Below, in pieces: positions 11,881 through 23,987 of a stretch of 64,000 nucleotides of DNA (its first letter is position 1; each line of letters opens with the position of its first letter). The stretch is from Octopus bimaculoides (Eukaryota). The stretch spans positions 35,039,533-35,103,532 of the forward strand of contig NC_068990.1 of NCBI RefSeq assembly GCF_001194135.2, in the 5' to 3' direction. Below the pieces are notes generated by a model. That model did not search any database. It saw nothing but the letters and a program-made list of their open reading frames with translations, and was not told the origin of the DNA. The position numbers and the translations under genes were made by a program.

Positions 11881-14329
11881 CCAGCACGATATTTAAGAAC
11901 GTATTTAATGTTTCGTTTTTTTAAAGCAGGAGGTTTTTAAAGCAATTGGCTCTTCTTTCAAAGAAGTTCCTCATATTAGCTTTCTGGCGTTTGTGTTGGG
12001 GTTACTTTTGCTGGTGACGATAGTGATGTGATGAGAGAATTAATGATGGTTTTCTTACTGCTATAATGATAACAGTGGTGTTTATTTATGTTTGTATTGG
12101 TGATGTTATTGTTAACGTTCGTGATTAAATGACAATAAAGGGGAGAAGAGAGGAGAAAGAGAAAAAAGTGGGGTAAAGATTGTTCTGGAAATAGTGTTGG
12201 GATGATGGTGTTGGTAGTGATGGTTGCGGTGTTGGTGAAACTGCAATGGGGAGCATAGCAATATTACATTGACAGCCATGCCCATACACAAAGTAATATC
12301 AATGTATTAGTTAAATGCAAATATGAAATATAGATATAAACATGAAAATAAAAATAAATGTTATATTTATATTTTAAAATATAATTGAACTGCATATTAA
12401 CATAACCCGACACTTCAAAGTAATCCGTTCATAAAATGTTTCAAATTTAATGTGATTCAAGAATAATTACAAATAATGAATATAATGTACTTGTAATATA
12501 CATATTTTGAATATTAAATGAGCATAAATGTGTAAAATAATGTAAAGATAATCACTACGCTATTACACAATTGGGAGTTGGGAGTTCGACATTTTGTAGC
12601 TATTAACCCTCAACCTTTACGTTCTCATTTACCTTTCAGTTCAGAATCTAAAATCTTGGTTTAATCCGTTCATTCACATAAAGCAATTCACCTCCAAGTA
12701 CATTATATTGAACTTTCCGAATTCTATTAGAGTATATTTCTACGCTCACACTTCTACAATCCTCGAATTTTTGGAGGGAATCTTGTTGGAGACGCCATGA
12801 ACTATGACTGAACATTTATCAAATCATTTAAGTTAAAAAATATATCAAAGATTGGTCTTGATATTACATCGCTTTCAATGTCGTTCTCAGTGTCTTCAAT
12901 GTAACCAGGTTGTAAAATAATTTCTTTACAATATTCCATTATCTTATGATAAGTTTAGATAATTTATATCTAACATTCCAAGCTTCTAATTCTTCAAATA
13001 CTCGATAAAAATCTGTTTTTCCTACAAAATCCTCAATTGTAATTTGGGTAATTCTGGAAGCATTTAAGAAATTATATTTAGTTGATATGCCTAGGACATG
13101 CATAAATTCCCGATTTAGCACTCTCACTTGGCCATCAAGTGCCTTTATTGGTGCCTGACTAGTTGGAATCATTCAGGCGAATTGCAGAGCTTATGAAAAC
13201 GACCAGAACCATTGTCCTTCCATAATGACTAATAGAAAAAAATCTTCACTGACACGAGAATTCTAACAGTAAAAGCAGAATTATTTATAAAATTTGAACT
13301 ATTATAGCACTAGAAACACACCCATAGTGTCTCATTACACTTTATTCGGTGAAAAGCTGCACTTCATAGTGCTTATAGAATCATCTGATTGTGAGAGAAG
13401 ATGGAGAGCGAGTGTGCATATTAAGTGATAAAATTTTACTATTAACTAAATGTTATATATACGCATGCCGACTAGATTGAAAAGATAGGACTTATTCAGC
13501 TCTTTCAAAGAATTCATTTTGTATCAATAATCAATGTATTTTTACATGAAAATAACAGAATCTATGGAAACTAGAGGTGATCAGCAATGATGATTATCAT
13601 GCAGTGAAGTTTGTGACTTTAGACAACTTTGTATGCCGTGGTGGGAAGAGAAATCTAACATTTCGTGACTGTCTTTTCCTCTGAGACAGAAAAAAGAAAT
13701 TTAGTTATAAAACGTAATTTCTCTTCGACGTGAAGAGCCAGTGTCACGAAAGATCAGATTCCTTTTGCATAAAATTTTGGGAGAATTGACGTGTTAGCCA
13801 CGAGAATTGTCTTTGACTATTCTTTTGACGGTAAAGACGAAGAGTCTACTGTTTCTGCAAAGGCGCGTGCAGTAACATATGAAGATATGACTTGAGGTTG
13901 CTGTTACTGTTGTGTTTCTTTATATTATTCTTATCTATCAGTTCTCGTTGCATTCTAAATACATAAACTGAACTAGAAGGAATAGCGTTCCAGCCTCGAA
14001 CATTGCATTTTATTTTATTTTCGAATGAATTGAAGATTACATTATGCGAGTTATCCTTCCTGATTTAAATCAGTATTTTGCTTGAAGGAAACATGACTAT
14101 TTGTTCCTGGCTGATTGTTGGTTGTCATTACTGATACTGAATGAGACGTGGTTATTGAGTAACTTTATGTTGGTGAGTGAAAATAAGAGTAGGTTGTATT
14201 CTAAGTGATCTCAAACAGAGGAACAGTTGTTCACTCACTTTTCCTGAACTGTTTGGGGAAATAGAGGAAACAAAGGCAATGTTCTATAACCTAACAACTT
14301 CTCTTCACTTGACTCCCGTTTGAAGAGAG

Positions 14330-14935
14330 ATAGTGTCGGTACCATTGGTACACAGATATTGCTCTGAACTGAGTGGGGTCATTAAGCTCCCTCGTTCGAT
14401 TCGAAAATATAAAGACACAAATAGTGCGTCGATAGGCAGCTGGAGACGATGTTTCGTGGGGTTAAATAACAGTAACATTCGTCCTAATCAGGACTGCTGC
14501 ATTATGTTGGCAAATAATCTTTACTCATGAGTACTGTTACTGAATGTTTCTCGTTCAGAGATTTAGAAATAATAATTTTTCTATTTATGAGATCAGTGAT
14601 TGTGTGTCATTTTGAAAAGTATATATTTAGAAAAAGAACTAGTGTCGCCATCTATAGCTAAGCGGTTATTCTGTGCTGATGAAGGGAAATAATCCAGAAA
14701 CCACTGCTCTCAGCTGTGTGAGTGCACTAAGTTCCCTTGTTCGAAAATAAAGGATGCAAATAATGTATTGATAGCCAGCTGGAGACGATGTCTCTTGGGG
14801 CTAAATAACAGTAACATTCATCTTCATTAGGACTGCCACATTATGTTGGCAAATAATCTTTACTCTAGAGTACTGTTACACAATGTTTCTCGTTCGGAGA
14901 TTTAGAAATAATAATCTTTCCATTTATAACTCACA
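14330..14935 (+). repeat. Diverged two-copy tandem duplication (copies ~14330-14590 and ~14640-14935)
   Basis: Both copies share blocks such as GATAG(G/C)CAGCTGGAGACGATG, AAATAACAGTAACATTC, ATTATGTTGGCAAATAATCTTTACTC and GAGATTTAGAAATAATAAT. Confidence 0.9.
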
Positions 14936-15389
14936 TTAAGTTTTTGTAAAAAAAATGAAATCACTGGAACATAATCTGTTGAGATCACGTTTTCAAAATG
15001 GCAACAGGATTTGTTCTAGAACATACCTCAGTTGTTTGCTTCAGTCTTAGTTCATTAGGAGGAGGGCAATTCCATATATACTGGGATTAATCACAACTTT
15101 TCTTTGGTTTGGTAGCTAGGAGGCAGGCAGAGTTGTGGATGGGAATAAATAAAACCGAATGACTATTCTTCTGTTTCCCAATCAAAAGCTTGTCGATTAC
15201 ATTATGAATCATTTAGAAGATATGAGTGTAAAAGCTGCAATTTATAGTGATAAAAGGGCCAAAAGTTATTTCTATCAGGCTATAAATATATAACAGGCAG
15301 ATAGACTATTCACTTTTTTCGATGTTCATAATTCCTTAACTGGAACACATAGTTGGATTTAGTTATTACATGTGAATACACATGTATTC

Positions 15390-15650
15390 GTAGACGTAAA
15401 CACACCAGCATCGATTGCCAAGTGATGCTGGGGGGACAAAAATAGATACAAAAACATGCACACACATATATATATACATATACACGACGGGCTTCTTTCA
15501 ATTTTTGTTTATCAAATCCACTTACAAGGCTTTGGTCGGCCCGAGCCTATAGTAGAAGACACTTTTCCCAAGGTGCCACGCAGTGGGACTGAACCCGGAA
15601 CCATATGGTTGGTAAGCAAGCTACTTACCACACAGCCACTCCTGCGCCTA
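15390..15650 (-). mobile_element. tRNA-derived SINE, family A (TAGGCGCAGGAGTGGCTGTGTGGTAAG-type), 3'-truncated
   Basis: The minus strand begins TAGGCGCAGGAGTGGCTGTGTGGTAAG, with B-box-like GGTTCAGTCCC, then CCTTGGGAAAAGTGTCTTCTACTATAG and an internal (TA)/(TG) tract. It is homologous to the copies at 15811 and 42213. Confidence 0.92.
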
Positions 15651-15810
15651 GTATGCAAATATTCTTTTAAAAAACTTTTCATTTAATTTTCCCAAATTTA
15701 ATTGTTTTCCATACTTACAGTTGAAAAAGTTTCAAGTACTGAAATGTTTATTATTGAATTATTTTAGCATTTTCTACCTTGACATTTTTTCCATATATAC
15801 AGGAGTACAG

Positions 15811-15936
15811 TGTTTCGGATTCAGTCCCACAGCGTGGCACCTTGGGTAAAGTGTCTTGTACTATAGCCTCGGGCCGACCAAAGCCTTATCAGTGGATTTT
15901 GTAGATGGGAACTGAAAGAAGCCTGTCGTATATATG

Positions 15937-15973
<37 letters not shown>

Positions 15974-16210
15974 ATGTGTGTATGTGTGTGTGTGTGTATT
16001 TGTATGTCTGTGTTTGTGCCCACAATATTACTTAACAACCAATGCTGGTATGTTTACGTTCTCTAACATAACAGTTCGGCAAAAGAGACTGATAGAATAA
16101 GTACTAGGCTTACAACGAATAAGTCCTGGAGTCGATTTGTTCGACTAAAAAGATGGCGGTGCTCCAGCATGGCCGCAGTCAAATGACTGAAACAAGTAAA
16201 AGAGTAAAAG
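15811..16210 (+). mobile_element. tRNA-derived SINE, family A, 5'-truncated
   Basis: GATTCAGTCCCACAGCGTGGCACCTTGGG ... GCCTCGGGCCGACCAAAGCC ... internal SSR ... GTCGATTTGTTCGACTAA ... GCTCCAGCATGGCCGCAGTCAAATGACTGAAACAAGTAAAAGAG tail. Confidence 0.92.
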
Positions 16211-17164
16211 ACATATATATATATATATANNNNNNNNNNNNNNNNNNNNNNNNNNNNNNNNNNNNNNNNNNNNNNNNNNNNNNNNNNNNNNNNNNNNNNN
16301 NNNNNNNNNNNNNNNNNNNNNNNNNNNNNNNNNNNNNNNNNNNNNNNNNNNNNNNNNNNNNNNNNNNNNNNNNNNNNNNNNNNNNNNNNNNNNNNNNNNN
16401 NNNNNNNNNNNNNNNNNNNNNNNNNNNNNNNNNNNNNNNNNNNNNNNNNNNNNNNNNNNNNNNNNNNNNNNNNNNNNNNNNNNNNNNNNNNNNNNNNNNN
16501 NNNNNNNNNNNNNNNNNNNNNNNNNNNNNNNNNNNNNNNNNNNNNNNNNNNNNNNNNNNNNNNNNNNNNNNNNNNNNNNNNNNNNNNNNNNNNNNNNNNN
16601 NNNNNNNNNNNNNNNNNNNNNNNNNNNNNNNNNNNNNNNNNNNNNNNNNNNNNNNNNNNNNNNNNNNNNNNNNNNNNNNNNNNNNNNNNNNNNNNNNNNN
16701 NNNNNNNNNNNNNNNNNNNNNNNNNNNNNNNNNNNNNNNNNNNNNNNNNNNNNNNNNNNNNNNNNNNNNNNNNNNNNNNNNNNNNNNNNNNNNNNNNNNN
16801 NNNNNNNNNNNNNNNNNNNNNNNNNNNNNNNNNNNNNNNNNNNNNNNNNNNNNNNNNNNNNNNNNNNNNNNNNNNNNNNNNNNNNNNNNNNNNNNNNNNN
16901 NNNNNNNNNNNNNNNNNNNNNNNNNNNNNNNNNNNNNNNNNNNNNNNNNNNNNNNNNNNNNNNNNNNNNNNNNNNNNNNNNNNNNNNNNNNNNNNNNNNN
17001 NNNNNNNNNNNNNNNNNNNNNNNNNNNNNNNNNNNNNNNNNNNNNNNNNNNNNNNNNNNNNNNNNNNNNNNNNNNNNNNNNNNNNNNNNNNNNNNNNNNN
17101 NNNNNNNNNNNNNNNNNNNNNNNNNNNNNNNNNNNNNNNNNNNNNNNNNNNNNNNNNNNNNNNN

Positions 17165-17298
17165 NTCTTCTTCTTCTTCTTCTTCTTCTTCTTCTTCTTC
17201 TTCTTCTTCTTTTTCTTCTTCTTCTTCTTCTCACGTCTGCAATAAAATTTCAACACCAACACCGCCATTATTATCCTCATGATGAGTACTAGCAACCT

Positions 17299-17352
<54 letters not shown>

Positions 17353-17405
17353 CAGCAGCAATAGTGGTAGTAGTAGTAGTAGTAGCAGCAGCAGCAGCAG
17401 TATTA

Positions 17406-17441
<36 letters not shown>

Positions 17442-17465
17442 GTAGTAGTAGTAGTAGTAGTGGTC
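17165..17465. repeat. Compound trinucleotide microsatellite (TCT)/(TAG)/(CAG)/(TAT)
   Basis: Directly visible. Confidence 0.95.
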
Positions 17466-17966
17466 GGCGTTACATTCATGGCCATAGTAGTAACAGTATC
17501 CTCTGTATTTGTAGCTATGAACAGCGAGCGGCCTACAACCATCAGTGATATGTCTTATATGATGAAGTGTTGAATAATACTCACGCATTGTACTAGTATA
17601 TGTGCGCATGCGTGCATGAGTGTTCGACAGTATGCGGTTAAATTTGCTCGAGTATGTGTGTGCATGTGTGTGTTGTGTGCGTGTGCGTATGTTTATGTGA
17701 ATGTGTTTGTGTTTTTGTGCATGTGTCGTGTGTGCCTAGCCTATAAATACGTGTGTTTTTATGCTTGTGCATCTGTTTGTCTTTTTGTATGTGTATGAGT
17801 GTTTGTAGCGGACAGCGGTCGTATAGATAAAGGAATGGGCAATTAAGCTTAGAACTTTGGGGCCATGAGTTCGTATTCCCAGCGGAAATTTCATTTAAGA
17901 TCAGGTCGAAACTCCTTAATTTGTATCGACTTAAATATCTTCAAGTAGTACTGGAGCACTACATTA

Positions 17967-18011
<45 letters not shown>

Positions 18012-18023
18012 CTCTCTTGTTTC

Positions 18024-18062
<39 letters not shown>

Positions 18063-19153
18063 GTCTATCTATCTATGATAAACCATAAAATAATTTTTTT
18101 TTTTTCGAAATAAAACAAAATTAATAGTAAGATAGAAAATAATGTTTATTTTTGTATACTTCCACTTTATTTATATTCGAATAGTTATGTCCTTAATTTT
18201 TCTTTTTATTTAATTGCAAAGTCTTCGATGATATTGTTAAAATTAAATTTACGTAAAACTTCTGCTTCTATACTTTTTTAGCAAGTATTTAAGCAAGTTT
18301 AAAGTGATTTCTTTCGTGGCGTAAACCATTTTCATTTCTGTGGTGCCCTCGTCTCTTGATGCTCTAAGCACGTGGTTATTTTACTAAATGGTTAATCTAG
18401 CACTGGATGGTATATACATAAGAACTGGCGCTATTTCGACGGAGATAGTGTTATGATTTCCAACGGAGGTGGAGACTTAGAAGTTGAATCTCCTCCGGTT
18501 CGATTCTGGGTCGGTTTCCGTATGATACATCCCGGACCAGTGACATTACGCTGGTTACAGTGATTGTAGAGGCAGCAGCAGAAATTTACTGATTCTGTGG
18601 CTACATACTCACGCATACACACTCAGCTACACGCGTGTATACACATACACTGAAGTCAATAACCGCATGCACTCACTCAGTCACATAGATACACACACGA
18701 GCACACTCGCTCATACACACACAAAGAACTAAAATCTATCAGACACAGTCTTTCAAACAGATGGACAGATAGATAGACAGATAGATTACATTTTAAATTA
18801 TTTTTGTTTACATTTTTTTGAATCATTTATATATACTTGAGGGCATCAACACTATCTAAGTGTCAAGGGCCTCTGTGGGTCTTAATCCGGCCCTGATACC
18901 ATCACATATATTTTCTGTAACACACTTCACTACAGCTGTAGTTTTAAATATAGATAGGCACATATAAGTAGGTATATATGTCTAATTTAGACTAAGGGAG
19001 TATTGTTTGATAAATAATTAGGTTGCCGACAAGAGTTTAAACCAGCATTGAATTCTTAGAACGGTTTGTCTACAGGTAATACAATAACAAGAAAACTAAT
19101 ACAACCCCACCCCACACATATATGAAAGTATGTGTGTGTATGTGTAAATGTTA

Positions 19154-19229
19154 TAGGCGCAAGTGTGGCTGCGTGGTAAGACGTTTCCTTCATAATCACA
19201 TGGTTCCGAGTTCAGTCGCACAACGTGCA
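19154..19229 (+). mobile_element. SINE family A, tRNA-like head only
   Basis: TAGGCGCAAGTGTGGCTGCGTGGTAAG...TGGTTCCGAGTTCAGTCGCAC matches the head of the 15390-15650 copy. Confidence 0.8.
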
Positions 19230-19340
19230 TATATATAACGTGAAGTATATTTGCCACTGGCAAATATACTTCACGTTGTCGTGCAGTTACTGTTTATACC
19301 TCGTTCAGAGATTTAACATATATAAATATATATACTTAGA

Positions 19341-19632
19341 TGTGGAGGCGCAATGAATGACCCAGTGGTTAGGACAGCGAATTCGCGTTCGTGGGCTCTG
19401 CCAAGGGCTGGTGGCAAACCCTGCGCTAATCTTTCACCACAGCTTTCTCTCACTCTTTCGTCCTGTTTCTGTTGCACCTGTATTTCAAAGTGCCAGGCTT
19501 GTCACACATTATGTCGCGCTGAATCTACCCGAGAACTACGTTAAGGGTACTCATGTCTATGGAGTGCTCAGCCACTTACACGTTAAGTTCCCGAGCAGGC
19601 TGTTCAATTGATCGGAACAACTGGAACCCTCG
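19341..19632 (+). mobile_element. tRNA-derived SINE, family C (TGTGGAGGCGCAATGG-type)
   Basis: The A-box-like head GGAGGCGCAATG..CCCAGTGGTTAGG and the body GAGAACTACGTTAAGGGTAC...GAGCAGGCTGTTC...AACTGGAACCCTCG resemble an octopus SINE recalled from memory. It is the single copy in this window, so it is not internally confirmed. Confidence 0.65.
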
Positions 19633-20609
19633 TTAGTATATATATATATTTGAGTATATGTGTATANNNNNNNNNNNNNNNNNNNNNNNNNNNNNNNNNN
19701 NNNNNNNNNNNNNNNNNNNNNNNNNNNNNNNNNNNNNNNNNNNNNNNNNNNNNNNNNNNNNNNNNNNNNNNNNNNNNNNNNNNNNNNNNNNNNNNNNNNN
19801 NNNNNNNNNNNNNNNNNNNNNNNNNNNNNNNNNNNNNNNNNNNNNNNNNNNNNNNNNNNNNNNNNNNNNNNNNNNNNNNNNNNNNNNNNNNNNNNNNNNN
19901 NNNNNNNNNNNNNNNNNNNNNNNNNNNNNNNNNNNNNNNNNNNNNNNNNNNNNNNNNNNNNNNNNNNNNNNNNNNNNNNNNNNNNNNNNNNNNNNNNNNN
20001 NNNNNNNNNNNNNNNNNNNNNNNNNNNNNNNNNNNNNNNNNNNNNNNNNNNNNNNNNNNNNNNNNNNNNNNNNNNNNNNNNNNNNNNNNNNNNNNNNNNN
20101 NNNNNNNNNNNNNNNNNNNNNNNNNNNNNNNNNNNNNNNNNNNNNNNNNNNNNNNNNNNNNNNNNNNNNNNNNNNNNNNNNNNNNNNNNNNNNNNNNNNN
20201 NNNNNNNNNNNNNNNNNNNNNNNNNNNNNNNNNNNNNNNNNNNNNNNNNNNNNNNNNNNNNNNNNNNNNNNNNNNNNNNNNNNNNNNNNNNNNNNNNNNN
20301 NNNNNNNNNNNNNNNNNNNNNNNNNNNNNNNNNNNNNNNNNNNNNNNNNNNNNNNNNNNNNNNNNNATATATATGTATATATATGCATTTATGTGTGTAT
20401 ATATATGTGTGTGTATGTATAGTTATCTATATACCCCTATGCATTTATCTATCTATCTGTCTTTCCATCCATCCATCTATCCATCTGTCTGTCCGTTTGT
20501 CTATCTGCTTTTCAGAGTTAAGTTACGATGTCTATGTATATATGTATGTACACACACACGCACAACGCATTCACTCATATGTCTATAGAGAGACTGACAT
20601 ACAGACAGA

Positions 20610-20634
20610 GAGATAGATTGATAGATAGACAGAT

Positions 20635-20687
<53 letters not shown>

Positions 20688-20775
20688 ACCGATAGATAAA
20701 TAGATTGATAGATATATAGATAGATAGATAAATAGATAGATAGATAGATAGAGNNNNNNNNNNNNNNNNNNNNNN

Positions 20776-20833
<58 letters not shown>
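20610..20833. repeat. (GATA)n and (GA)n microsatellites
   Basis: Directly visible, with a short gap inside. Confidence 0.95.
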
Positions 20834-20838
<5 letters not shown>

Positions 20839-21449
20839 TTAAGGCGTCGATAATCAAGTCATTTATTATGAATTTACTACTGTAACTAGAATACTGCAGC
20901 AAATAATATATGTGCTTCTGCCTCTCCCACGTTTGTTGATAAAGCTACCGCAGTTTTTTCCCAATGTATTACAGATATTTTATTTTTTCTACCACTACCT
21001 CCCGAATTACTAACTGTATCACAGTTGCTAATGACACCACTATTTCACCATTATCTCTATTACTTATGTAACATATATTTCTATAATTATCTCTGTTCCT
21101 AACAATATCAATACATCTACAGCAATATTGCTAATATGCCATTGATTCTGGCATTACTTATGTTGCTAATGTTACCCAATAATTCCCGATACCCCTCCCG
21201 CCAGTGATGCCGCCAAATTTAAATCTTTTTTTCCCTGGTATATTTACTGCCAGTGAGTAAATATTTTTATAAGTACCTCTGATATGGATAATGGAAATAG
21301 CAGGCAGCTCAGAGCATAAGGTTGCTATTATATAAAAGCAATCGAACCTTATCCATCACATCTATTTTGCTAGATTGTGTTCCTAGTTCAACATCATCCA
21401 GTTATGTCACATTGCTAAGGGTTTACTATAATTGTTTAGCAATATATTG

Positions 21450-22190
21450 TAGCAAGAGAAAGAAAATGCCTCTCACAATATGGAAGCTTCTCTCATGGCA
21501 CCAGCAGACAAAATGAAAAAAGGCGCTGCCTCGAAGGATCACGAGGGAGATGCGCTGGGAACAACCACACTGACTAACGGGGCTCGCACTTGCACACAGT
21601 AATTTCTTTCCCGACAGCGGTGAGCAGGGATATGGTCTGGAGTCAAGAACGCAGGAGGTTTCAACTATCACCGCCTCGACCATAAACCTGTCAGAGAGCG
21701 ACCAATACCATGACTGTTATTTTTTATCAACCTGGGTTGGTAGCTGACACCAAGTTGCCGCTGGAGAAGTTGTCACAGCATGTGGCACTCCAGATGAAAG
21801 GCCTACAGACACATAACGGGATTACTGTCATACCGTCCCCTCAGTCTAGTCCAGCTGGCTCGAGTTGGGAAGGCAAGCATGCGGTCTCTAGGCCATTCCT
21901 TATAATCTTGTTAAGCGTGGTATGGCAAGGAAGGCGGCCAGGACTATGGACAGCATGGCAATGGGTGCAAACTGAAAGAATCCACAACAGAACTGCTGCG
22001 GAATTCATGAGACTCACAAATCTGGATACCAGAGAGACGTTGATGCGCAGGCATTCGTTATCAAGCTGATTGCCCGCATTGAGCCAAGCTCCGCTCTGAG
22101 GCTCTAAGGTTAATCGGAAACACTCCAGAGGGTTCTGGTGAAATCGGTGCGTTAACTCTTTAGCGGTCAAGCTATTCGTTTGTTTATTTA
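21450..22190 (-). mobile_element. Decayed CRE-like RLE non-LTR retrotransposon, 3' part (zinc knuckle plus endonuclease)
   Basis: The minus strand gives QSGAWLNA...LDNECLRINVSL...SVCTHCHAVHSPGRLPCHTTLNKIIRNGLETACLPSQLEPAGLD*GDGMTVIP...FIWSATCCD...SQRISLVILRGSA. This follows the SGAWL / RHxxLNxII / LEPxGLxRxDGxRPDG / QRISxAIxRGNA pattern of CRE-clade elements. Confidence 0.8.
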
Positions 22191-23625
22191 TGTTTTTAAT
22201 TTGGCTGTATGCTTTACATAAATTTACAAACTGTTGTTAGCAGTTCGAAGAATAATATCGATATATTTTTCTCGTATACAAGACATAGTAATGAATCACT
22301 AAATCATTTTTGTGATATGCTCTGAAGGAATGCATCTTGGCCTTGGTGTATTCTCATCTTGACCCACAAATAGTGTTATGAGGGCATTAAAGAATTCTCT
22401 TCAGCACAACTAGATTTATCTTCATACTATTGAGATTTACCTCTAAAGTGACGAAAAAACCACAATAACGCAGTGGTAATAGCTATTCTGCAGAATCAGG
22501 GATATATTGGAATGCTTCCTTGGTCGTTTCGTATTTATTTGGCGAGTTATCAAATAAAATATAATCTCATTGTCTGTAATCAGAATGGTTGCTAGCTTGT
22601 AGCTACTTATATAGAAGATTAAACAAGGACTGAGATGAAATATCAAGCTTGATTTGCATAATTATTGATAGTGAATTGATAGATAAATAATACGTAAAAG
22701 AATGAAATATTTACTAATTAAGTAAATATTTGACTGCCTGAAATTTATTATAGGTCCCAATACATGAACATAAATATGTCAGCCAAGCTGCGAAATGTAA
22801 ACGACTACGAAGGCATACTTATCTAGGATGCAGTATGCTGTGTATATTTATTAAATATATTCAACGCATTACCAATGAACGTAGACGTGATTTCATTACC
22901 TTGGAAATTTGTACACATACATACATACATNNNNNNNNNNNNNNNNNNNNNNNNNNNNNNNNNNNNNNNNNNNNNNNNNNNNNNNNNNNNNNNNNNNNNN
23001 NNNNNNNNNNNNNNNNNNNNNNNNNNNNNNNNNNNNNNNNNNNNNNNNNNNNNNNNNNNNNNNNNNNNNNNNNNNNNNNNNNNNNNNNNNNNNNNNNNNN
23101 NNNNNNNNNNNNNNNNNNNNNNNNNNNNNNNNNNNNNNNNNNNNNNNNNNNNNNNNNNNNNNNNNNNNNNNNNNNNNNNNNNNNNNNNNNNNNNNNNNNN
23201 NNNNNNNNNNNNNNNNNNNNNNNNNNNNNNNNNNNNNNNNNNNNNNNNNNNNNNNNNNNNNNNNNNNNNNNNNNNNNNNNNNNNNNNNNNNNNNNNNNNN
23301 NNNNNNNNNNNNNNNNNNNNNNNNNNNNNNNNNNNNNNNNNNNNNNNNNNNNNNNNNNNNNNNNNNNNNNNNNNNNNNNNNNNNNNNNNNNNNNNNNNNN
23401 NNNNNNNNNNNNNNNNNNNNNNNNNNNNNNNNNNNNNNNNNNNNNNNNNNNNNNNNNNNNNNNNNNNNNNNNNNNNNNNNNNNNNNNNNNNNNNNNNNNN
23501 NNNNNNNNNNNNNNNNNNNNNNNNNNNNNNNNNNNNNNNNNNNNNNNNNNNNNNNNNNNNNNNNNNNNNNNNNNNNNNNNNNNNNNNNNNNNNNNNNNNN
23601 NNNNNNNNNNNNNNNNNNNNNNNNN

Positions 23626-23987
23626 GTTGACGATGAAGGGGGAAGGGGAAGGTGGAGGTAGATTTAAGAGAGGGGGAAGGTGGGTATGAGAGGGGGGAGA
23701 AAGAGAGGAAGAGAAAGAGAGTGAGTGAGAAGAGAGTGAGAGTGAGAGAGAGGGAAAGAGAGAAGAGAGTGAGAGAGAGAGGAAGAGAGAAGATAGTGAG
23801 AGAGAGGAAGAGAGTAAGGGTGAGCGAGTAAGAGAGTAAGAGAGAGTAAGAGAGTAAGGGTGAGAGAGTAAGAGTGAGAGAGGGAAGAGTAAGAGAGAAG
23901 AGAGTGAGAGAGTGTAAGAGAGAGGAGAGAAAGAGTAGGGGTGAAAACAAGTGGGAGTGAAGAGAGTAGGAGTGAAGAGAAGTAGGA
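23626..23987. repeat. Purine-rich (GA)/(GAGAGTAA)-type degenerate repeat between two gaps
   Basis: Directly visible. Confidence 0.9.

Noticed and set aside
15600-15650. SINE heads as tRNA genes (also 19154, 19341, 39600)
   Set aside because: They show A/B-box-like motifs but no complete cloverleaf, and they continue into SINE bodies.
21710-22069. 119-aa plus-strand ORF
   Set aside because: It is the antisense shadow of the CRE-like relic.
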